Below the pieces are notes generated by a model. The model did not search any database, was not told where the DNA came from, and worked only from the letters and a program-made list of their open reading frames with translations. From NCBI GenBank assembly GCA_964016885.1, contig OZ024741.1, positions 406,596,001-406,660,000 of the forward strand: 64,000 bases of DNA, written 5' to 3'. Position 1 is the first letter of the stretch, and each line of letters opens with the position of its first letter. The DNA comes from Eledone cirrhosa (Eukaryota). A program made the translations under genes and the position numbers. Shown piece after piece: positions 8,201-22,800 of this stretch.

Positions 8201-10874
8201 TGTGTGTGTTGTCTGTTGGCTGTGTGTGTTGTCTGTTGGCTGTGTGTGTTATCTGTTGGCTGTGTGTGTGTTGTCTGTTGGCTGTATGTGTGTTGTCTGT
8301 TGGCTGTGTGTGTTGTCTGTTGGCTGTGTGTGTTATCTGTTGGCTGTGTGTGTGTTGTCTGTTGGCTGTATGTGTGTTGTCTGTTGGCTGTGTGTGTTGT
8401 CTGTTGGCTGTATGTGTGTTGTCTGTTGGCTGTATGTGTGTTGTCTGTTGGCTGTATGTGTTGTCTGTTGGCTGTGTGTGTGTTGTCTGTTGGCTGTATG
8501 TGTGTTGTCTGTTGGCTGTGTGTGTTGTCTGTTGGCTGTATGTGTGTTGTCTGTTGGCTGTGTGTGTTATCTGTTGGCTGTGTGTGTGTTGTCTGTTGGC
8601 TGTATGTGTGTTGTCTGTTGGCTGTGTGTGTTGTCTGTTGGCTGTGTGTGTTATCTGTTGGCTGTGTGTGTGTTGTCTGTTGGCTGTATGTGTGTTGTCT
8701 GTTGGCTGTGTGTGTTGTCTGTTGGCTGTGTGTGTTGTCTGTTGGCTGTGTGTGTGTTGTCTGTTGGCTGTATGTGTGTTGTCTGTTGGCTGTGTGTGTT
8801 GTCTGTTGGCTGTGTGTGTTATCTGTTGTCATGTGTGTGTTGTCTGTTGGCTGTATGTGTGTTGTCTGTTGGCTGTGTGTGTTGTCTGTTGGCTGTGTGT
8901 GTTATCTGTTGGCTGTATGTGTGTTGTCTGTTGGCTGTGTGTGTTGTCTGTTGGCTGTGTGTGTTATCTGTTGGCTGTGTGTGTGTTGTCTGTTGGCTGT
9001 ATGTGTGTTGTCTGTTGGCTGTATGTGTGTTGTCTGTTGGCTGTGTGTGTGTTGTCTGTTGGCTGTGTGTGTTGTCTGTTGGCTGTGTGTGTTATCTGTT
9101 GGCTGTGTGTGTGTTGTCTGTTGGCTGTATGTGTGTTGTCTGTTGGCTGTGTGTGTTGTCTGTTGGCTGTGTGTGTTATCTGTTGGCTGTGTGTGTGTTG
9201 TCTGTTGGCTGTATGTGTGTTGTCTGTTGGCTGTGTGTGTTGTCTGTTGGCTGTATGTGTGTTGTCTGTTGGCTGTGTGTGTTGTCTGTTGGCTGTGTGT
9301 GTTATCTGTTGGCTGTGTGTGTGTTGTCTGTTGGCTGTATGTGTGTTGTCTGTTGGCTGTATGTGTGTTGTCTGTTGGCTGTGTGTGTGTTGTCTGTTGG
9401 CTGTGTGTGTTGTCTGTTGGCTGTGTGTGTTATCTGTTGGCTGTGTGTGTGTTGTCTGTTGGCTGTATGTGTGTTGTCTGTTGGCTGTGTGTGTTGTCTG
9501 TTGGCTGTGTGTGTTATCTGTTGGCTGTGTGTGTGTTGTCTGTTGGCTGTATGTGTGTTGTCTGTTGGCTGTGTGTGTTGTCTGTTGGCTGTGTGTGTTG
9601 TCTGTTGGCTGTGTGTGTGTTGTCTGTTGGCTGTATGTGTGTTGTCTGTTGGCTGTGTGTGTTGTCTGTTGGCTGTGTGTGTTATCTGTTGTCATGTGTG
9701 TGTTGTCTGTTGGCTGTATGTGTGTTGTCTGTTGGCTGTGTGTGTTGTCTGTTGGCTGTGTGTGTTATCTGTTGGGTGTGTGTGTGTTGTCTGTTGGCTG
9801 TGTGTGTGTTGTCTGTGTGTGTGTTGTCTGTTGACTGTGTGTGTGTTGTTTGTTGGCTGTATGTGTGTTGTCTGTTGGCTGTGTGTGTGTTGTCTGTTGG
9901 CTGTGTGTGTTGTCTGTTGGCTGTGTGTGTTATCTGTTGGCTGTGTGTGTGTTGTCTGTTGGCTGTATGTGTGTTGTCTGTTGGCTGTGTGTGTTGTCTG
10001 TTGGCTGTGTGTGTTATCTGTTGGCTGTGTGTGTGTTGTCTGTTGGCTGTATGTGTGTTGTCTGTTGGCTGTGTGTGTTGTCTGTTGGCTGTGTGTGTTA
10101 TCTGTTGGGTGTGTGTGTGTTGTCTGTTGGCTGTGTGTGTGTTGTCTGTTGGCTGTATGTGTGTTGTCTGTTGGCTGTGTGTGTTGTCTGTTGGCTGTGT
10201 GTGTTATCTGTTGGCTGTGTGTGTGTTGTCTGTTGGCTGTATGTGTGTTGTCTGTTGGCTGTATGTGTGTTGTCTGTTGGCTGTGTGTGTTGTCTGTTGG
10301 CTGTGTGTGTTATCTGTTGGCTGTGTGTGTGTTGTCTGTTGGCTGTATGTGTGTTGTCTGTTGGCTGTATGTGTGTTGTCTGTTGGCTGTGTGTGTTGTC
10401 TGTTGGCTGTGTGTGTTATCTGTTGGCTGTGTGTGTGTTGTCTGTTGGCTGTATGTGTGTTGTCTGTTGGCTGTGTGTGTTGTCTGTTGGCTGTGTGTGT
10501 TATCTGTTGGGTGTGTGTGTGTTGTCTGTTGGCTGTGTGTGTGTTGTCTGTGTGTGTGTTGTCTGTTGACTGTGTGTGTGTTGTCTGTTGGCTGTGTGTC
10601 TTGTCTGTTGACTGTATGTGTGTTGTCTGTTGGCTGTGTGTGTTGTCTGTTGGCTGTGTGTGTTATCTGTTGGCTGTGTATGTGTTGTCTGTTGGCTGTG
10701 TGTGTGTTGTCTGTGTGTTGTCTGTTGGCTGTGTGTGTGTTGTCTGTTGGCTGTATGTGTGTTGTCTGTTGGCTGTGTGTGTGTTGTCTGTTGGCTGTAT
10801 GTGTGTTGTCTGTTGGCTGTATGTGTGTTGTCTGTTGGCTGTGTGTGTTGTCTGTTGGCTGTGTGTGTTGTCTG

Positions 10875-13800
10875 TTGGCTGTGTGTGTGTTGTCTGTTGG
10901 CTGTATGTGTGTTGTCTGTTGGCTGTATGTGTGTTGTCTGTTGGCTGTGTGTGTGTTGTCTGTTGGCTGTATGTGTGTTGTCTGTTGGCTGTGTGTGTGT
11001 TGTCTGTGTGTGTGTTGTCTGTTGGCTGTGTGTGTGTTGTCTGTTGGCTGTATGTGTGTTGTCTGTTGGCTGTGTGTGTGTTGTCTGTTGGCTGTGTGTG
11101 TGTTGTCTGTTGGCTGTATGTGTGTTGTCTGTTGGCTGTGTGTGTGTTGTCTGTGTGTGTGTTGTCTGTTGGCTGTGTGTGTGTTGTCTGTTGGCTGTAT
11201 GTGTGTTGTCTGTTGGCTGTGTGTGTGTTGTCTGTTGGCTGTGTGTGTGTTGTCTGTTGGCTGTATGTGTGTTGTCTGTTGGCTGTATGTGTGTTGTCTG
11301 TTGGCTGTGTGTGTTGTCTGTTGGCTGTGTGTGTTATCTGTTGGCTGTGTGTGTGTTGTCTGTTGGCTGTATGTGTGTTGTCTGTTGGCTGTGTGTGTTG
11401 TCTGTTGGCTGTGTGTGTTATCTGTTGGCTGTGTGTGTGTTGTCTGTTGGCTGTATGTGTGTTGTCTGTTGGCTGTGTGTGTTGTCTGTTGGCTGTGTGT
11501 GTTGTCTGTTGGCTGTGTGTGTGTTGTCTGTTGGCTGTATGTGTGTTGTCTGTTGGCTGTGTGTGTTGTCTGTTGGCTGTGTGTGTTATCTGTTGTCATG
11601 TGTGTGTTGTCTGTTGGCTGTATGTGTGTTGTCTGTTGGCTGTGTGTGTTGTCTGTTGGCTGTGTGTGTTATCTGTTGGGTGTGTGTGTGTTGTCTGTTG
11701 GCTGTGTGTGTGTTGTCTGTGTGTGTGTTGTCTGTTGACTGTGTGTGTGTTGTTTGTTGGCTGTATGTGTGTTGTCTGTTGGCTGTGTGTGTGTTGTCTG
11801 TTGGCTGTGTGTGTTGTCTGTTGGCTGTGTGTGTTATCTGTTGGCTGTGTGTGTGTTGTCTGTTGGCTGTATGTGTGTTGTCTGTTGGCTGTGTGTGTTG
11901 TCTGTTGGCTGTGTGTGTTATCTGTTGGCTGTGTGTGTGTTGTCTGTTGGCTGTATGTGTGTTGTCTGTTGGCTGTGTGTGTTGTCTGTTGGCTGTGTGT
12001 GTTATCTGTTGGGTGTGTGTGTGTTGTCTGTTGGCTGTGTGTGTGTTATCTGTTGGCTGTATGTGTGTTGTCTGTTGGCTGTGTGTGTTGTCTGTTGGCT
12101 GTGTGTGTTATCTGTTGGCTGTGTGTGTGTTGTCTGTTGGCTGTATGTGTGTTGTCTGTTGGCTGTATGTGTGTTGTCTGTTGGCTGTGTGTGTTGTCTG
12201 TTGGCTGTGTGTGTTATCTGTTGGCTGTGTGTGTGTTGTCTGTTGGCTGTATGTGTGTTGTCTGTTGGCTGTATGTGTGTTGTCTGTTGGCTGTGTGTGT
12301 TGTCTGTTGGCTGTGTGTGTTATCTGTTGGCTGTGTGTGTGTTGTCTGTTGGCTGTATGTGTGTTGTCTGTTGGCTGTGTGTGTGTTGTCTGTGTGTTGT
12401 CTGTTGGCTGTGTGTGTGTTGTTTGTTGGCTGTATGTGTGTTGTCTGTTGGCTGTGTGTGTGTTGTCTGTTGGCTGTATGTGTGTTGTCTGTTGGCTGTA
12501 TGTGTGTTGTCTGTTGGCTGTGTGTGTTGTCTGTTGGCTGTGTGTGTTGTCTGTTGGCTGTGTGTGTGTTGTCTGTTGGCTGTATGTGTGTTGTCTGTTG
12601 GCTGTATGTGTGTTGTCTGTTGGCTGTGTGTGTGTTGTCTGTTGGCTGTATGTGTGTTGTCTGTTGGCTGTGTGTGTGTTGTCTGTGTGTGTGTTGTCTG
12701 TTGGCTGTGTGTGTGTTGTCTGTTGGCTGTATGTGTGTTGTCTGTTGGCTGTGTGTGTGTTGTCTGTTGGCTGTGTGTGTGTTGTCTGTTGGCTGTATGT
12801 GTGTTGTCTGTTGGCTGTGTGTGTGTTGTCTGTGTGTGTGTTGTCTGTTGGCTGTGTGTGTGTTGTCTGTTGGCTGTATGTGTGTTGTCTGTTGGCTGTG
12901 TGTGTGTTGTCTGTTGGCTGTGTGTGTGTTGTCTGTTGGCTGTATGTGTGTTGTCTGTTGGCTGTATGTGTGTTGTCTGTTGGCTATGTGTGTGTTGTCT
13001 GTTGGCTGTGTGTGTGTTGTCTGTTGGCTGTGTGTGTGTTGTCTGTTGGCTGTGTGTGTGTTGTCTGTTGTCTGTGTGTGTGTTGTCTGTTGGCTGTATG
13101 TGTGTTGTCTGTTGGCTGTGTGTGTGTTGTCTGTTGGCTGTGTGTGTGTTGTCTGTTGGCTGTATGTGTGTTGTCTGTTGGCTATGTGTGTGTTGTCTGT
13201 TGGCTGTGTGTGTGTTGTCTGTTGGCTGTATGTGTGTTGTCTGTTGGCTGTGTGTGTGTTGTCTGTTGGCTGTCTGTGTGTTGTCTGTTGGCTGTATGTG
13301 TGTTGTCTGTTGGCTGTGTGTGTGTTGTCTGTTGGCTGTGTGTGTGTTGTCTGTTGGCTGTATGTGTGTTGTCTGTTGTCTGTGTGTGTGTTGTCTGTTG
13401 GCTGTATGTGTGTTGTCTGTTGGCTGTATGTGTGTTGTCTGTTGGCTGTGTGTGTGTTGTCTGTTGGCTGTGTGTGTGTTGTCTGTGTGTGTGTTGTCTG
13501 TTGACTGTGTGTGTGTTGTTTGTTGGCTGTATGTGTGTTGTCTGTTGGCTGTGTGTGTGTTGTCTGTTGGCTGTATGTGTGTTGTCTGTTGGCTGTATGT
13601 GTGTTGTCTGTTGGCTGTGTGTGTTGTCTGTTGGCTGTGTGTGTTATCTGTTGGCTGTGTGTGTGTTGTCTGTTGGCTGTATGTATGTTGTCTGTTGGCT
13701 GTGTGTGTTGTCTGTTGGCTGTGTGTGTTATCTGTTGGGTGTGTGTGTGTTGTCTGTTGGCTGTGTGTGTGTTGTCTGTGTGTGTGTTGTCTGTTGACTG

Positions 13801-16800
13801 TGTGTGTGTTGTCTGTTGGCTGTGTGTCTTGTCTGTTGACTGTATGTGTGTTGTCTGTTGGCTGTGTGTGTTTTCTGTTGGCTGTGTGTGTTATCTGTTG
13901 GCTGTGTATGTGTTGTCTGTTGGCTGTGTGTGTGTTGTCTGTGTGTGTGTTGTCTGTTGGCTGTGTGTGTGTTGTCTGTTGGCTGTATGTGTGTTGTCTG
14001 TTGGCTGTGTGTGTGTTGTCTGTGTGTGTGTTGTCTGTTGGCTGTGTGTGTGTTGTCTGTTGGCTGTATGTGTGTTGTCTGTTGGCTGTGTGTGTGTTGT
14101 CTGTGTGTGTGTTGTCTGTTGGCTGTGTGTGTGTTGTCTGTTGGCTGTATGTGTGTTGTCTGTTGGCTGTGTGTGTGTTGTCTGTTGGCTGTGTGTGTGT
14201 TGTCTGTTGGCTGTATGTGTGTTGTCTGTTGGCTGTATGTGTGTTGTCTGTTGGCTATGTGTGTGTTGTCTGTTGGCTGTGTGTGTGTTGTCTGTTGGCT
14301 GTGTGTGTGTTGTCTGTTGGCTGTGTGTGTGTTGTCTGTTGTCTGTGTGTGTGTTGTCTGTTGGCTGTATGTGTGTTGTCTGTTGGCTGTGTGTGTGTTG
14401 TCTGTTGGCTGTGTGTGTGTTGTCTGTTGGCTGTATGTGTGTTGTCTGTTGGCTATGTGTGTGTTGTCTGTTGGCTGTGTGTGTGTTGTCTGTTGGCTGT
14501 GTGTGTGTTGTCTGTTGGCTGTGTGTGTGTTGTCTGTTGGCTGTATGTGTGTTGTCTGTTGGCTGTGTGTGTGTTGTCTGTTGGCTGTGTGTGTGTTATC
14601 TGTTGGCTGTATGTGTGTTGTCTGTTGGCTGAGTGTGTGTTGTCTGTTGGCTGTATGTGTGTTGTCTGTTGGCTGTGTGTGTGTTGTCTGTTGGCTGTAT
14701 GTGTGTTGTCTGTTGGCTGTGTGTGTGTTGTCTGTTGGCTGTGTGTGTGTTGTCTGTTGGCTGTGTGTGTGTTGTCTGTTGGCTGTATGTGTGTTGTCTG
14801 TTGGCTGTGTGTGTGTTGTCTGTTGGCTGTGTGTGTGTTATCTGTTGGCTGTATGTGTGTTGTCTGTTGGCAGAGTGTCTGTTGTCTGTTGGCTGTATGT
14901 GTGTTGTCTGTTGGCGGTATGTGTGTTGTCTGTTGGCTGTGTGTGTGTTGTCTGTTGGCTGTGTGTGTGTTGTCTGTTGGCTGTATGTGTGTTGTCTGTT
15001 GGCTATATGTGTGTTGTCTGTTGGCTGTGTGTGTTGTCTGTTGGCTGTGTGTGTTGTCTGTTGGCTGTGTGTGTGTTGTCTGTTGGCTGTATGTGTGTTG
15101 TCTGTTGGCTGTGTGTGTTGTCTGTTGGCTGTGTGTGTTATCTGTCGGCTGTGTGTGTGTTGTCTGTTGGCTGTGTGTGTTGTCTGTTGGCTGTGTGTGT
15201 TATCTGTTGGCTGTGTGTGTGTTGTCTGTTGGCTGTATGTGTGTTGTCTGTTGGCTGTGTGTGTTGTCTGTTGGCTGTGTGTGTTGTCTGTTGGCTGTGT
15301 GTGTGTTGTCTGTTGGCTGTATGTGTGTTGTCTGTTGGCTGTGTGTGTTATCTGTCGGCTGTGTGTGTGTTGTCTGTTGGCTGTGTGTGTGTTGTCTGTT
15401 GGCTGTATGTGTGTTGTCTGTTGGCTGTGTGTGTGTTGTCTGTTGGCTGTATGTGTGTTGTCTGTTGGCTATATGTGTGTTGTCTGTTGGCTGTGTGTGT
15501 TGTCTGTTGGCTGTGTGTGTTATCTGTTGGCTGTGTGTGTGTTGTCTGTTGGCTGTATGTGTGTTGTCTGTTGGCTGTGTGTGTTGTCTGTTGGCTGTGT
15601 GTGTTGTCTGTTGGCTGTGTGTGTGTTGTCTGTTGGCTGTATGTGTGTTGTCTGTTGGCTGTGTGTGTTGTCTGTTGGCTGTGTGTGTTATCTGTTGTCA
15701 TGTGTGTGTTGTCTGTTGGCTGTATGTGTGTTGTCTGTTGGCTGTGTGTGTTGTCTGTTGGCTGTGTGTGTTATCTGTTGGGTGTGTGTGTGTTGTCTGT
15801 TGGCTGTGTGTGTGTTGTCTGTGTGTGTGTTGTCTGTTGACTGTGTGTGTGTTGTTTGTTGGCTGTATGTGTGTTGTCTGTTGGCTGTGTGTGTGTTGTC
15901 TGTTGGCTGTGTGTGTTGTCTGTTGGCTGTGTGTGTTATCTGTTGGCTGTGTGTGTGTTGTCTGTTGGCTGTGTGTGTGTTGTCTGTGTGTGTGTTGTCT
16001 GTTGACTGTGTGTGTGTTGTTTGTTGGCTGTATGTGTGTTGTCTGTTGGCTGTGTGTGTGTTGTCTGTTGGCTGTATGTGTGTTGTCTGTTGGCTGTATG
16101 TGTGTTGTCTGTTGGCTGTGTGTGTTGTCTGTTGGCTGTGTGTGTTATCTGTTGGCTGTGTGTGTGTTGTCTGTTGGCTGTATGTGTGTTGTCTGTTGGC
16201 TGTGTGTGTTGTCTGTTGGCTGTGTGTGTTATCTGTTGGGTGTGTGTGTGTTGTCTTTTGGCTGTGTGTGTGTTGTCTGTGTGTGTGTTGTCTGTTGACT
16301 GTGTGTGTGTTGTCTGTTGGCTGTGTGTCTTGTCTGTTGACTGTATGTGTGTTGTCTGTTGGCTGTGTGTGTTGTCTGTTGGCTGTGTGTGTTATCTGTT
16401 GGCTGTGTATGTGTTGTCTGTTGGCTGTGTGTGTGTTGTCTGTGTGTTGTCTGTTGTCTGTGTGTGTGTTGTTTGTTGGCTGTATGTGTGTTGTCTGTTG
16501 GCTGTGTGTGTGTTGTCTGTTGGCTGTATGTGTGTTGTCTGTTGGCTGTATGTGTGTTGTCTGTTGGCTGTGTGTGTTGTCTGTTGGCTGTGTGTGTTGT
16601 CTGTTGGCTGTGTGTGTGTTGTCTGTTGGCTGTATGTGTGTTGTCTGTTGGCTGTATGTGTGTTGTCTGTTGGCTGTGTGTGTGTTGTCTGTTGGCTGTA
16701 TGTGTGTTGTCTGTTGGCTGTGTGTGTGTTGTCTGTGTGTGTGTTGTCTGTTGGCTGTGTGTGTGTTGTCTGTTGGCTGTATGTGTGTTGTCTGTTGGCT

Positions 16801-19800
16801 GTGTGTGTGTTGTCTGTTGGCTGTGTGTGTGTTGTCTGTTGGCTGTGTGTGTGTTGTCTGTTGGCTGTGTGTGTGTTGTCTGTTGGCTGTATGTGTGTTG
16901 TCTGTTGGCTGTGTGTGTGTTGTCTGTGTGTGTGTTGTCTGTTGGCTGTGTGTGTGTTGTCTGTTGGCTGTATGTGTGTTGTCTGTTGGCTGTGTGTGTG
17001 TTGTCTGTTGGCTGTGTGTGTGTTGTCTGTTGGCTGTATGTGTGTTGTCTGTTGGCTGTATGTGTGTTGTCTGTTGGCTATGTGTGTGTTGTCTGTTGGC
17101 TGTGTGTGTGTTGTCTGTTGGCTGTGTGTGTGTTGTCTGTTGGCTGTGTGTGTGTTGTCTGTTGTCTGTGTGTGTGTTGTCTGTTGGCTGTATGTGTGTT
17201 GTCTGTTGGCTGCGTGTGTGTTGTCTGTTGGCTGTGTGTGTGTTGTCTGTTGGCTGTATGTGTGTTGTCTGTTGGCTATGTGTGTGTTGTCTGTTGGCTG
17301 TGTGTGTGTTGTCTGTTGGCTGTGTGTGTGTTGTCTGTTGGCTGTGTGTGTGTTGTCTGTTGGCTGTATGTGTGTTGTCTGTTGGCTGTCTGTGTGTTGT
17401 CTGTTGGCTGTATGTGTGTTGTCTGTTGGCTGTGTGTGTGTTGTCTGTTGGCTGTGTGTGTGTTGTCTGTTGGCTGTATGTGTGTTGTCTGTTGTCTGTG
17501 TGTGTGTTGTCTGTTGGCTGTATGTGTGTTGTCTGTTGGCTGTGTGTGTGTTGTCTGTTGGCTATATGTGTGTTGTCTGTTGTCTGTGTGTGTGTTGTCT
17601 GTTGGCTGTATGTGTGTTGTCTGTTGGCTGTATGTGTGTTGTCTGTTGGCTGTATGTGTGTTGTCTGTTGGCTGTGTGTGTGTTGTCTGTTGGCTGTATG
17701 TGTGTTGTCTGTTGGCTGTGTGTGTGTTGTCTGTTGGCTGTATGTGTGCTGTCTGTTGGCTGTGTGTGTGTTGTCTTTTGGCTGTGTGTGTTGTCTGTTG
17801 GCTGTGTGTGTGTTGTCTGTTGGCTGTGTGTGTGTTGTCTGTGTGTGTGTTGTCTTTTGGCTGTGTGTGTGTTGTTTGTTGGCTGTGTGTGTGTTGTCTG
17901 TTGGCTGTATGTGTGTTGTCTGTTGGCTGTATGTGTGTTGTCTGTTGGCTGTGTGTGTGTTGTCTGTTGGCTGTATGTGTGTTGTCTGTTGGCTGTGTGT
18001 GTGTTGTCTGTGTGTGTGTTGTCTGTTGGCTGTGTGTGTGTTGTCTGTTGGCTGTATGTGTGTTGTCTGTTGGCTGTGTGTGTGTTGTCTGTTGGCTGTG
18101 TGTGTGTTGTCTGTTGGCTGTATGTGTGTTGTCTGTTGGCTGTGTGTGTGTTGTCTGTGTGTGTGTTGTCTGTTGGCTGTGTGTGTGTTGTCTGTTGGCT
18201 GTATGTGTGTTGTCTGTTGGCTGTGTGTGTGTTGTCTGTTGGCTGTGTGTGTGTTGTCTGTTGGCTGTATGTGTGTTGTCTGTTGGCTGTATGTGTGTTG
18301 TCTGTTGGCTGTGTGTGTTGTCTGTTGGCTGTGTGTGTTATCTGTTGGCTGTGTGTGTGTTGTCTGTTGGCTGTATGTGTGTTGTCTGTTGGCTGTGTGT
18401 GTTGTCTGTTGGCTGTGTGTGTTATCTGTTGGCTGTGTGTGTGTTGTCTGTTGGCTGTATGTGTGTTGTCTGTTGGCTGTGTGTGTTGTCTGTTGGCTGT
18501 GTGTGTTGTCTGTTGGCTGTGTGTGTGTTGTCTGTTGGCTGTATGTGTGTTGTCTGTTGGCTGTGTGTGTTGTCTGTTGGCTGTGTGTGTTATCTGTTGT
18601 CATGTGTGTGTTGTCTGTTGGCTGTATGTGTGTTGTCTGTTGGCTGTGTGTGTTGTCTGTTGGCTGTGTGTGTTATCTGTTGGGTGTGTGTGTGTTGTCT
18701 GTTGGCTGTGTGTGTGTTGTCTGTGTGTGTGTTGTCTGTTGACTGTGTGTGTGTTGTTTGTTGGCTGTATGTGTGTTGTCTGTTGGCTGTGTGTGTGTTG
18801 TCTGTTGGCTGTGTGTGTTGTCTGTTGGCTGTGTGTGTTATCTGTTGGCTGTGTGTGTGTTGTCTGTTGGCTGTATGTGTGTTGTCTGTTGGCTGTGTGT
18901 GTTGTCTGTTGGCTGTGTGTGTTATCTGTTGGCTGTGTGTGTGTTGTCTGTTGGCTGTATGTGTGTTGTCTGTTGGCTGTGTGTGTTGTCTGTTGGCTGT
19001 GTGTGTTATCTGTTGGGTGTGTGTGTGTTGTCTGTTGGCTGTGTGTGTGTTATCTGTTGGCTGTATGTGTGTTGTCTGTTGGCTGTGTGTGTTGTCTGTT
19101 GGCTGTGTGTGTTATCTGTTGGCTGTGTGTGTGTTGTCTGTTGGCTGTATGTGTGTTGTCTGTTGGCTGTATGTGTGTTGTCTGTTGGCTGTGTGTGTTG
19201 TCTGTTGGCTGTGTGTGTTATCTGTTGGCTGTGTGTGTGTTGTCTGTTGGCTGTATGTGTGTTGTCTGTTGGCTGTATGTGTGTTGTCTGTTGGCTGTGT
19301 GTGTTGTCTGTTGGCTGTGTGTGTTATCTGTTGGCTGTGTGTGTGTTGTCTGTTGGCTGTATGTGTGTTGTCTGTTGGCTGTGTGTGTGTTGTCTGTGTG
19401 TTGTCTGTTGGCTGTGTGTGTGTTGTTTGTTGGCTGTATGTGTGTTGTCTGTTGGCTGTGTGTGTGTTGTCTGTTGGCTGTATGTGTGTTGTCTGTTGGC
19501 TGTATGTGTGTTGTCTGTTGGCTGTGTGTGTTGTCTGTTGGCTGTGTGTGTTGTCTGTTGGCTGTGTGTGTGTTGTCTGTTGGCTGTATGTGTGTTGTCT
19601 GTTGGCTGTATGTGTGTTGTCTGTTGGCTGTGTGTGTGTTGTCTGTTGGCTGTATGTGTGTTGTCTGTTGGCTGTGTGTGTGTTGTCTGTGTGTGTGTTG
19701 TCTGTTGGCTGTGTGTGTGTTGTCTGTTGGCTGTATGTGTGTTGTCTGTTGGCTGTGTGTGTGTTGTCTGTTGGCTGTGTGTGTGTTGTCTGTTGGCTGT

Positions 19801-22800
19801 ATGTGTGTTGTCTGTTGGCTGTGTGTGTGTTGTCTGTGTGTGTGTTGTCTGTTGGCTGTGTGTGTGTTGTCTGTTGGCTGTATGTGTGTTGTCTGTTGGC
19901 TGTGTGTGTGTTGTCTGTTGGCTGTGTGTGTGTTGTCTGTTGGCTGTATGTGTGTTGTCTGTTGGCTGTATGTGTGTTGTCTGTTGGCTATGTGTGTGTT
20001 GTCTGTTGGCTGTGTGTGTGTTGTCTGTTGGCTGTGTGTGTGTTGTCTGTTGGCTGTGTGTGTGTTGTCTGTTGTCTGTGTGTGTGTTGTCTGTTGGCTG
20101 TATGTGTGTTGTCTGTTGGCTGTGTGTGTGTTGTCTGTTGGCTGTGTGTGTGTTGTCTGTTGGCTGTATGTGTGTTGTCTGTTGGCTATGTGTGTGTTGT
20201 CTGTTGGCTGTGTGTGTGTTGTCTGTTGGCTGTATGTGTGTTGTCTGTTGGCTGTGTGTGTGTTGTCTGTTGGCTGTCTGTGTGTTGTCTGTTGGCTGTA
20301 TGTGTGTTGTCTGTTGGCTGTGTGTGTGTTGTCTGTTGGCTGTGTGTGTGTTGTCTGTTGGCTGTATGTGTGTTGTCTGTTGTCTGTGTGTGTGTTGTCT
20401 GTTGGCTGTATGTGTGTTGTCTGTTGGCTGTATGTGTGTTGTCTGTTGGCTGTGTGTGTGTTGTCTGTTGGCTGTGTGTGTGTTGTCTGTGTGTGTGTTG
20501 TCTGTTGACTGTGTGTGTGTTGTTTGTTGGCTGTATGTGTGTTGTCTGTTGGCTGTGTGTGTGTTGTCTGTTGGCTGTATGTGTGTTGTCTGTTGGCTGT
20601 ATGTGTGTTGTCTGTTGGCTGTGTGTGTTGTCTGTTGGCTGTGTGTGATATCTGTTGGCTGTGTGTGTGTTGTCTGTTGGCTGTATGTATGTTGTCTGTT
20701 GGCTGTGTGTGTTGTCTGTTGGCTGTGTGTGTTATCTGTTGGGTGTGTGTGTGTTGTCTGTTGGCTGTGTGTGTGTTGTCTGTGTGTGTGTTGTCTGTTG
20801 ACTGTGTGTGTGTTGTCTGTTGGCTGTGTGTCTTGTCTGTTGACTGTATGTGTGTTGTCTGTTGGCTGTGTGTGTTTTCTGTTGGCTGTGTGTGTTATCT
20901 GTTGGCTGTGTATGTGTTGTCTGTTGGCTGTGTGTGTGTTGTCTGTGTGTGTGTTGTCTGTTGGCTGTGTGTGTGTTGTCTGTTGGCTGTATGTGTGTTG
21001 TCTGTTGGCTGTGTGTGTGTTGTCTGTGTGTGTGTTGTCTGTTGGCTGTGTGTGTGTTGTCTGTTGGCTGTATGTGTGTTGTCTGTTGGCTGTGTGTGTG
21101 TTGTCTGTGTGTGTGTTGTCTGTTGGCTGTGTGTGTGTTGTCTGTTGGCTGTATGTGTGTTGTCTGTTGGCTGTGTGTGTGTTGTCTGTTGGCTGTGTGT
21201 GTGTTGTCTGTTGGCTGTATGTGTGTTGTCTGTTGGCTGTATGTGTGTTGTCTGTTGGCTATGTGTGTGTTGTCTGTTGGCTGTGTGTGTGTTGTCTGTT
21301 GGCTGTGTGTGTGTTGTCTGTTGGCTGTGTGTGTGTTGTCTGTTGTCTGTGTGTGTGTTGTCTGTTGGCTGTATGTGTGTTGTCTGTTGGCTGTGTGTGT
21401 GTTGTCTGTTGGCTGTGTGTGTGTTGTCTGTTGGCTGTATGTGTGTTGTCTGTTGGCTATGTGTGTGTTGTCTGTTGGCTGTGTGTGTGTTGTCTGTTGG
21501 CTGTGTGTGTGTTGTCTGTTGGCTGTGTGTGTGTTGTCTGTTGGCTGTATGTGTGTTGTCTGTTGGCTGTGTGTGTGTTGTCTGTTGGCTGTGTGTGTGT
21601 TATCTGTTGGCTGTATGTGTGTTGTCTGTTGGCTGAGTGTGTGTTGTCTGTTGGCTGTATGTGTGTTGTCTGTTGGCTGTGTGTGTGTTGTCTGTTGGCT
21701 GTATGTGTGTTGTCTGTTGGCTGTGTGTGTGTTGTCTGTTGGCTGTGTGTGTGTTGTCTGTTGGCTGTGTGTGTGTTGTCTGTTGGCTGTATGTGTGTTG
21801 TCTGTTGGCTGTGTGTGTGTTGTCTGTTGGCTGTGTGTGTGTTATCTGTTGGCTGTATGTGTGTTGTCTGTTGGCAGAGTGTCTGTTGTCTGTTGGCTGT
21901 ATGTGTGTTGTCTGTTGGCGGTATGTGTGTTGTCTGTTGGCTGTGTGTGTGTTGTCTGTTGGCTGTGTGTGTGTTGTCTGTTGGCTGTATGTGTGTTGTC
22001 TGTTGGCTATATGTGTGTTGTCTGTTGGCTGTGTGTGTTGTCTGTTGGCTGTGTGTGTTGTCTGTTGGCTGTGTGTGTGTTGTCTGTTGGCTGTATGTGT
22101 GTTGTCTGTTGGCTGTGTGTGTTGTCTGTTGGCTGTGTGTGTTATCTGTCGGCTGTGTGTGTGTTGTCTGTTGGCTGTGTGTGTTGTCTGTTGGCTGTGT
22201 GTGTTATCTGTTGGCTGTGTGTGTGTTGTCTGTTGGCTGTATGTGTGTTGTCTGTTGGCTGTGTGTGTTGTCTGTTGGCTGTGTGTGTTGTCTGTTGGCT
22301 GTGTGTGTGTTGTCTGTTGGCTGTATGTGTGTTGTCTGTTGGCTGTGTGTGTTATCTGTCGGCTGTGTGTGTGTTGTCTGTTGGCTGTGTGTGTGTTGTC
22401 TGTTGGCTGTATGTGTGTTGTCTGTTGGCTGTGTGTGTGTTGTCTGTTGGCTGTATGTGTGTTGTCTGTTGGCTATATGTGTGTTGTCTGTTGGCTGTGT
22501 GTGTTGTCTGTTGGCTGTGTGTGTTATCTGTTGGCTGTGTGTGTGTTGTCTGTTGGCTGTATGTGTGTTGTCTGTTGGCTGTGTGTGTTGTCTGTTGGCT
22601 GTGTGTGTTGTCTGTTGGCTGTGTGTGTGTTGTCTGTTGGCTGTATGTGTGTTGTCTGTTGGCTGTGTGTGTTGTCTGTTGGCTGTGTGTGTTATCTGTT
22701 GTCATGTGTGTGTTGTCTGTTGGCTGTATGTGTGTTGTCTGTTGGCTGTGTGTGTTGTCTGTTGGCTGTGTGTGTTATCTGTTGGGTGTGTGTGTGTTGT